Shown here in pieces: positions 54,363-60,984 of a DNA stretch of 60,984 bases. The translations under genes were made by a program, and so were the position numbers. The stretch is taken from NCBI GenBank assembly GCA_964016885.1, contig CAXHJY010001626.1:1-60984 (forward strand), given 5' to 3'. The first letter of the stretch is position 1. Each line of letters opens with the position of its first letter. The notes beneath the pieces are model-generated. The model worked only from the letters and a program-made list of their open reading frames with translations. It ran no database searches and was not told the origin of the DNA. The DNA comes from Eledone cirrhosa. Taxonomy: Eukaryota.

Positions 54363-54574
54363 AAACATGAACAAGGTGGCAAATTTTCATTAAAACCCCA
54401 TAAATATATTTACACTCTACCATTCCAAGTATCGAGTCCTCTGCTAAATAATGGGTTTACTAGTTTAAAACTGGTAATCCTGATATATATATATATATAT
54501 ATTGCCTTTTTGCTACAATATTTTCTATACCTTTCATTTATATATATATAAATAAATATATATATATATATATA

Positions 54575-54655
54575 TCACATAAGAAACGGAGAATCAGTGG
54601 TGCGATGAATTAACATTTATTAGACATAACAATCGTTTCTCTGGCGACCAGTTCG
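54575..54655 (-). ncRNA. 3' half of a hammerhead plus tail ending in (TA)n
   Basis: Minus strand CUGG ucg CCAG a-GAAA-cgauug-UU-auguct-aataaa; 5' core lost at the adjacent SINE. Confidence 0.4.
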
Positions 54656-54664
54656 AGACACGAT

Positions 54665-54805
54665 CGATGCGATGCGTTATGTCCTTGAGCAAGACACTTT
54701 ATTTCATGTTGCTCCTACCTGGAGTTGCGACCGATAGATAGTATTAGCACTTGGAAAGACCAACGGAAACATTGTTTCCTCGGTCCGATTTGACGAAAGT
54801 CGATC

Positions 54806-54808
<3 letters not shown>
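54665..54808 (+). mobile_element. SINE family B, 5'-truncated
   Basis: Near-identical to 22512-22650. Confidence 0.9.
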
Positions 54809-54861
<53 letters not shown>

Positions 54862-54967
54862 AAATTTCGCTCTACGCGGCTGAATACAATAAATGAAATG
54901 TGAGTTTTTCGAATATTAATAACATTCGATTGAGGCTTGTTTGCATAATTGCAAACGAATCGAATGT

Positions 54968-55156
54968 TGTGGATTGGCAGTATCGGTAGAGGGTCGGACG
55001 CCATGCTTTGAAGCAAAGGGTTACGGCCCTTTATGGTCTGAGTTCAAATCCCGCCGAGGTTAACTTTGCCTTTCATCCTTACAGGGTCGATAAAATAAAG
55101 TTCCAGTAATACACTGAGTAATTGCTGGCCTTGTGCCAAAAGTAGAAACAATTATT
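54968..55156 (+). mobile_element. SINE family A inserted in the arm of a fold-back element
   Basis: Full consensus; the flanks rejoin to an inverted repeat. Confidence 0.9.
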
Positions 55157-55192
55157 AATATTCGAAAAACTCACATTACATTTATATATATA

Positions 55193-55227
<35 letters not shown>

Positions 55228-55299
55228 TAAAATAACAGATTAAAGTTTAAGCAAAGAATCGCTGCTTTCACCCTTAACGGGATCTTCTGAAACTCTTCT

Positions 55300-56262
55300 G
55301 ACGGTAGTTACGGAGTAGGTAGACCCAGAAAAACCTGGGACGATCTGATAAATTCCGACCTTACATACCTACTGACTGTAGGTTTCGCTTTGTACTTAGG
55401 CAAGGCGGGTCTTCTGTATTACTGCGTAGCGCCAAAGATCTCGGTCCAGTGACATTGTCTTAGAGAGGTGCAAGTGTGTAAGGTCGGAATTTATCAGATC
55501 GTCCCAGGTATTTCTGGGTCTACCTACTCCGTAACTACCGTCTATTTTGATCGCCCTGCACTTTTTTATACAGCTGTCGTCTTACATGCGCATCACGTGG
55601 CCATACCAACGCAGTCTTCTCTCAAGTAAACAGCATCTGATCCCTCTTATTCCTAATTTCTCACTTAGTTCATTTATGCTTTGCCGTTCACGTATATTAC
55701 TAGTACACATCCAACGGAGCATACATGCTTCGCTCCTTTTCAGTCTGCGCAGGTCCTCTGCACGTAATGCCCAGGTCTCACTGCCATGTAGCATTGATGT
55801 TCGTATGCAGGCATCATACAATCTGCCTTTCATTTTTAGAGAGAAACCTTTTGTGGCCAACAGCGGTATAAACTCTCTGAATTTTTTCCATCCCGTTCTG
55901 ACTCTAGCTACTGTACTTTCAGAGCACCCTCCACCACTGCTGATTTCGTCACCCAGGTAACAGAAAGTGTCCACTATTTCTATAGAACCATCTAGGCAAT
56001 AGAAGGAGCTAGTATCCTGTGGACACTTGCTACTTATTGCACCTGAACACCGGCCACATATAAAGTCTACGTTCTTAGATAGTTTACCTGTGATCCCACT
56101 ACATCTTTTAAGTACCCATACTTTGCATTTGGGACATAAAATTGTATTTCTGCCTACTCCTTTCCTACACACTGAGCATGGCCATTTCCCTGAGGGTACC
56201 TGTGCCTTATTTTCCTTTCTACAAACTAGGACTTTAGTCTTAGACAAGTTAACTTTAAGGCC
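55300..56262 (-). mobile_element. RTE LINE copy, 5'-truncated, with its 3' UTR replaced by an inverted 66-bp duplication
   Basis: ORF 55582-56352 matches the other RTE copies; 55300-55365 is the reverse complement of 55477-55542. Confidence 0.93.
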
Positions 56263-56299
56263 TACGTTTATGTATGTATATGTATGTGTGTTGAAACTG

Positions 56300-56558
56300 A
56301 TATTATATTTGGGGATGCTCATGTTGCCAGTATTGCCAATAAAAACACACACTCACTCACATCATATGATTCACTTTATTTTTATTACTAGTTATTGGTT
56401 AGTTCGTCAAAGTTCTTTCGTCACACATTCTGTGACCTCCTCAATGACTATCTGTTCTCTTTTCTAGTCTTAATATGTTCCTCCAACTAATAATAAAAAA
56501 AATAAAGTGAAAATCATGATGCAATACTGGTAACATGACCACCCCTAAATATATAATG
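56300..56558. mobile_element. MITE-like element with imperfect terminal inverted repeats
   Basis: tattatatttggggatgctcatgttgccagtattgc versus gcaatactggtaacatgaccacccctaaatatataat. Confidence 0.65.
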
Positions 56559-58029
56559 TATGTAACCCCGGTGCTATCGAAGAGGCACTGCATGATATAC
56601 TTGTGCATCTTTAAAACCTGGTGGAACCCACCCATCTCTAGGTCTGAACACAGCCGATTTCTTCCAGACTAGGAGAAAGTGAGAAAGGGATATACAGGAA
56701 GAATTGACCCCAGTACCTGGCAGATTCTTTTTTATTGACCTCGGAAGGATAAATGACAAATTCGACTTCGGTTACAAAATGAATCATCTATCATAATTCT
56801 TTAAACTACTTCATGGTCGAGTAAACCACATTTTCTGGAAAATCACTCCACCAGTCTTTGAAAGAATATTTTCTACGTATTTGTTCTTGCACATTACTTT
56901 AATATTTACTGTTCTTTAGAGTAGCAACTGGGAGGTTTCACTTGTTATTTATCGCATGTTCAGACGACGAAATTCCACACACAAAATCAACTTTGGATAC
57001 ATATTTTTTTAAATATTCACAACAGAGGCAAACGCTGCAGCAGGGAATGCTCATGTTTTTCAGTAAAATAGCTAGGCTAAGGTGCAGGAATATTATATAT
57101 AAACAGATCGATATATAATATAACGATCATGTGGCTTTATGATCGCTCACTGAGAGAATTGAAACTAAAATTCCAAGACCACAGAGCGCTTGCACACTGA
57201 CAATATCACGGGTACCACATATATAATATTTTGCTGAGAAGCAATATAATGAGGCTAAAAAAATAGAGAAACAGGATAAGTGTTATACCTACATAGCCAC
57301 TAAGTTTTTATAAGGCCTATTATGGTACGATTTCATGCCTGAAAAAACCATCAACATTCACTGTTGCTTATCATCGGTAGATGGTGAAGCCAATAAGCTG
57401 CAATCATCGGAAGGCATCTTGTAATTCCAGAAAAATTATTAAGTCCAAAAGAACGAGAGACCAGTCATTGCTCAGGCCACGTGTAAAGTAAAAATAAAAT
57501 GTTAACGTTCGATAGGATGAAAGTGGTAAGCGCTAATGCTAGAAATAACTCACACACCAACTCGCAAAAAACTGCTCAACCAATGATATAGCGATCATGC
57601 GGCTCTATGATCGCTCAATGAGAGAATTGAAGATAAAAATCCAAGACTTCAAGGCCAACATCATTCTCTCTCTATATATATATAAGGTTTGTTCTTTCTG
57701 TCAGAATGGGGCAGAAGAATTGTACTGGCCTTACATAGATGACAGTTTACAAAATACAAAAATAGTTTTTGTCACTGACACGGTTATCTTATCAATTGCT
57801 TATCTTGTATATCAACACTATAATTATAATTATAACTCTTACTAAAACATCATGTTTCACTTTTAATACCTAATTATAATCATATCTGCCCTTCCAGCAT
57901 GCTCTCGTATTACATTCCACGTTAACAGAGAAGGAGAGAAAGTAAAAGAACAACTTCGTTAAAGGAGTGGATTATACATTTTATTTACAATTTATTTTTC
58001 ATCTGCCAGCGCTTCCCACTTTATCCTGT

Positions 58030-58770
58030 AAGCCGTGCTGGACCTGAAAGTTTTGTGGGCTCTCTTAGCCTTAGTCTCAGGTTGCAGATAACTAGATGGT
58101 GATCAGTCCCTCTCTTAACATAATCGAAGAGATCAGAGACAATAAGAAAATCAATTGTTGATCTCTGTCCTTGATTTCCCTTATACTACGTATATTTATG
58201 GATGTCTCTGTGCTGGAAGAAGGTGTTCATAGTATAAAGTCCATTACTAGAACAGAAGTCTAATAAGGCCTCTCCATTCGTATTTAGATCGGAGTCGCCA
58301 TTCCTTCCAATCACTACTTTCCATGTCAGGTGGTCAGTAGTAAAAAGTAGTTATATCTGCCATTAGGATACATGACACAGTCTTAACTACATCTGACGCT
58401 GCAGTGGCTTCATCAAGGAAGGATCTGTATTCCGGCTCTCTGATTGGCGCATTAACTTGCACCAACCGCAGACACCTATCATTTAGTCTAAGCTTCTAGA
58501 AGCAAATCCACCCTCCCAGTCCATAACACATTCTGACAGCCGGGGCTTGTGAGTATCCCCCTCCCGCCTATGCAGTTTTTCATGGCGCCACACCTGAAAA
58601 ATGGAGTTTCCATCCCCCATTCAAATCTACAGTACCAGAGCCACGGAATTTTGTTGAGGAAACTTTGACTATATCTAGCGTGTAATATTTGGCCTCCTCG
58701 AATTGCCAGGGTTTGCTCCCTTCCCAACACTCTCTGGGGTTTCGGGATACATAACCTTGTGCTTCCAATC
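58030..58770 (-). pseudogene. Apurinic-type endonuclease region of an RTE-like LINE, frameshifted
   Basis: EEAKYYTLDIVKVSSTKFRGSGTVDLNGGWKLHFSGV; downstream LRLVQVNAP...EYRSFLDE. Confidence 0.8.
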
Positions 58771-59029
58771 TCACGCCTCTCATGACAGGTCGCAGGCCCA
58801 TCGCCAGTGCTTGCAGCGTTTGGTGGAGAATGTAATATATTTTTCTAACAGGCCCCTCTGCCTAAAGCCTAAACGAGACCCTTGTTATTCCACACGAAGG
58901 ACGATGCGGTATTGATGGATGCCTTGACTATTTCTTTAGATGAATATAAACACTTTAAATAAACAGTCTAGTGTCATAGAACCAAGATGGTTTCAGGTAG
59001 TTTGGTCTGAAAACGGTTAAAGGGAAGGA

Positions 59030-59135
59030 CTTTACTCCTCATGTCTCACAAATACAACAGAGGTGGAGTGGTTGTTCTAGACCGTCTCCCACGCCGTCCC
59101 CCAGGGCAATGTCTTCTCTATCCTGTCGACCGGGA
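59030..59135 (+). pseudogene. Third CRE-like REL end fragment
   Basis: EVEWLF*TVSHAVPQGNVFSILSTG. Confidence 0.6.
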
Positions 59136-59157
59136 CCACGAGGCCGACGACAGGGGT

Positions 59158-59349
59158 TAATAATTGTTTCTACATTTGGCACAAGGCCAGCAATTTTCCT
59201 AGTGCTTTATTTTATTGACCCCGTAAGGATGAAAGGCAAAGTTAACCTCGGCGGGATTTGAACTCAGACCATAAAGAGACGTAACTCTTTGCTGCAAAGC
59301 ATGGCGTCCGACCTTCTACCAATACTGCCAATCCACCGCCCTTAATAAT
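59158..59349 (-). mobile_element. SINE family A with ttaataat TSD
   Basis: Full consensus, ttaataat on both sides. Confidence 0.9.
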
Positions 59350-59544
59350 GACACACACACTCACACACAACAGCCAAATATGACAATGAATATTTCGTTA
59401 TCGTAAAAAGCTGTATGTTTTTGAATAAGAGAGTGACTAAGAAGCGGACGACATATTAAAGAACCTTTTTCCTACAGTAACACTTATCCCACAGTTATTT
59501 TGCTACCATCTGATAGGGCATTGTTAGTGTTCAATTTTCGCTCT

Positions 59545-59768
59545 GATCGATCGACAAGATCCCAGACTTTATTTGCTTGCCGAGTGTGGTGGACCTCGTC
59601 AAATCGGTCTTTCCATTGCTGAAACTATCTATCGGTCGCAACTCCCGTAGAAAGAACAACGTGAAATAAAGTGTCTTGCTCAAGGACACAACACATCACC
59701 CGCTCCGAGAATCGAACTCGCAACCTCACGATTGCGAATTCGCTAACCACTAAGCCACTCGCCTTCAC
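59545..59768 (-). mobile_element. SINE family B, full length
   Basis: Reverse complement of the 22436-22653 family. Confidence 0.88.
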
Positions 59769-60351
59769 AAAGCCTCTAAATGTAACATCAACAAATACGT
59801 TATTAATTAATAAGGTGAAATAAAAACTGACTATCCTATATTTTGACTATGGAACAACAAAGGAGCCACAATAATAATAAAACATACTAAAGAAACTTGG
59901 TAAGACTCTCTACAAGTTAATCATTCTTAAATATACATATTTCAGTTCTAACACAGGAAATGATTCTGTAATATATTTTAAAGAGGTAAAGCACTCAGAA
60001 AAATATTTGCTAGTAAGCAGGGTTGGGGTTGGGGTTGAGGTTGGGGTGGAGTGGTAGAGTCAGTACACAGCTGTTGATCTAGCCTTTGACCCAGTTGAAA
60101 TATGTCAGTCAAGTATCACCCTCTCCTTACCGCCCTTAAAAAACAAAATAAAACTGAAGAATTCCAGCAACCAACTATGTTGTTTCAAACTACTTTTCCT
60201 AGCACCTCTTGTATTTCGTTGCTGCCGCTGCTATTGTAATTCATTTAGGTTTCTTTTTTTGTGTGTGGTGGGGATCGGGGGGGGGGTCCTTAATTCTTTC
60301 CGCTGGCTTCAGTTACTGAATTACAGGCATGCTAGAGCACTGCCTTGAAAG

Positions 60352-60515
60352 GGTGGCCCTAGGGCCACCTCCCTACTAACCATCATCGACAGAGAATTGA
60401 CTGCCCGCAGGTGCTAGCCTCGCAAGCCGGAATGGCTATTCCAGTGCGTCTCCCTTACCACTCGCCATCATCCCATCCGAGGAAACGCCTTCTCTATTCT
60501 GTTCGCCGGGGCTGC
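60352..60515 (+). pseudogene. Fourth CRE-like REL end fragment
   Basis: GPRATSLLTIIDRELTARRC*...EWLFQCVSL...IRGNAFSIL. Confidence 0.7.
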
Positions 60516-60761
60516 CAACGCATGGGCCTCAATTTGCTTATAATAGTGGGAGATTGGGAGAGACGGAGGTAGTGACAGTGGGAGTTTGGTTCCAGTCGGA
60601 CCTGGTGTATATGTATATATTTATTTACCAGGCACACTACTGTTTCTGGCAATCTAATATGGATCACAGTAATGTTTTCTCATTATTGACTACTGTGAAT
60701 AAGGTACTTATTTTATCGAACCACAGGAACAGACAAAGAGATATACACGCATACACATGTT

Positions 60762-60834
60762 GGGGAATTAGCTCAGATGGTAGAGCGCTCGCTTTGCATG
60801 CGAGAGGTACCGGGATCGATGCCCTGATTCTCAA
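60762..60834 (+). tRNA. tRNA-Ala(TGC), probably a pseudogene
   Basis: GGGGAATTAGCTCAGATGGTAGAGCGCTCGCTTTGCATGCGAGAGGTACCGGGATCGATGCCCTGATTCTCAA; intact anticodon arm and G3-U70, but a G1-A72 mismatch, one T-stem mismatch and no adjacent T-run terminator. Confidence 0.85.
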
Positions 60835-60855
60835 TCTACTTAGCTTCTAACTTTA

Positions 60856-60984
60856 TGGAGGCACATGGCTTAGTGGTTAGAGCATTGTGAGTTCAATTCT
60901 CAGACCGGGTGATGTGTTGTTTCCTTGAGCAAGACACTTTATTTCACATTGCTCCCGTTTACTCAGCTGTAAAAATGAGATGAT
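60856..60984 (+). mobile_element. CORE-like SINE running off the window end
   Basis: atggcttagtggttagagc...gagttcaattctc...tccttgagcaagacactt. Confidence 0.85.

Noticed and set aside
55250-55300. Hammerhead-like minus motif CAGAAGA-uccc guuaa ggg u-GAAA
   Set aside because: Core mismatch at position 4, no clear UH site or stem I; too degenerate to call
57597-57662. RELKIKIQDFKANI as a GIY-YIG endonuclease fragment
   Set aside because: No upstream GIY/YIG motifs; the resemblance is too short to support a Penelope ORF

Overview
Eukaryotic, AT-rich, repeat-dominated DNA with no intact conventional gene. The SINE families, RTE LINEs and very dense (AT)n/(CA)n/(AG)n tracts look like a coleoid cephalopod (octopus-type) genome, which is an inference. 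The long YI/IY and SQDIQ ORFs in the track are translations of tandem repeats. Contents: a ~5.5 kb (TA)n-derived tract, a 1.7 kb 25-bp minisatellite, a 3 kb purine-rich satellite, decayed non-LTR retrotransposons (three RTE copies with a PHD-like finger in the RT C-terminal region, a second RTE family, a Tx1/L1 zf-RVT fragment, four CRE-like REL ends), many tRNA-derived SINEs, MITEs and a degenerate tRNA-Ala(TGC). The strongest hidden signal is a set of type-I hammerhead ribozyme (HHR) motifs from several unrelated, probably Penelope-like, families whose tails run into microsatellites. One family carries a compensatory U3-A8 core, two have very long stem II helices, and three loci are fold-backs whose inverted arm begins at the predicted cleavage site. 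A second, weaker signal is a phase-compatible chain of small minus-strand exons that could encode a 29-47 aa micropeptide. All structures were read by eye and none was computed.
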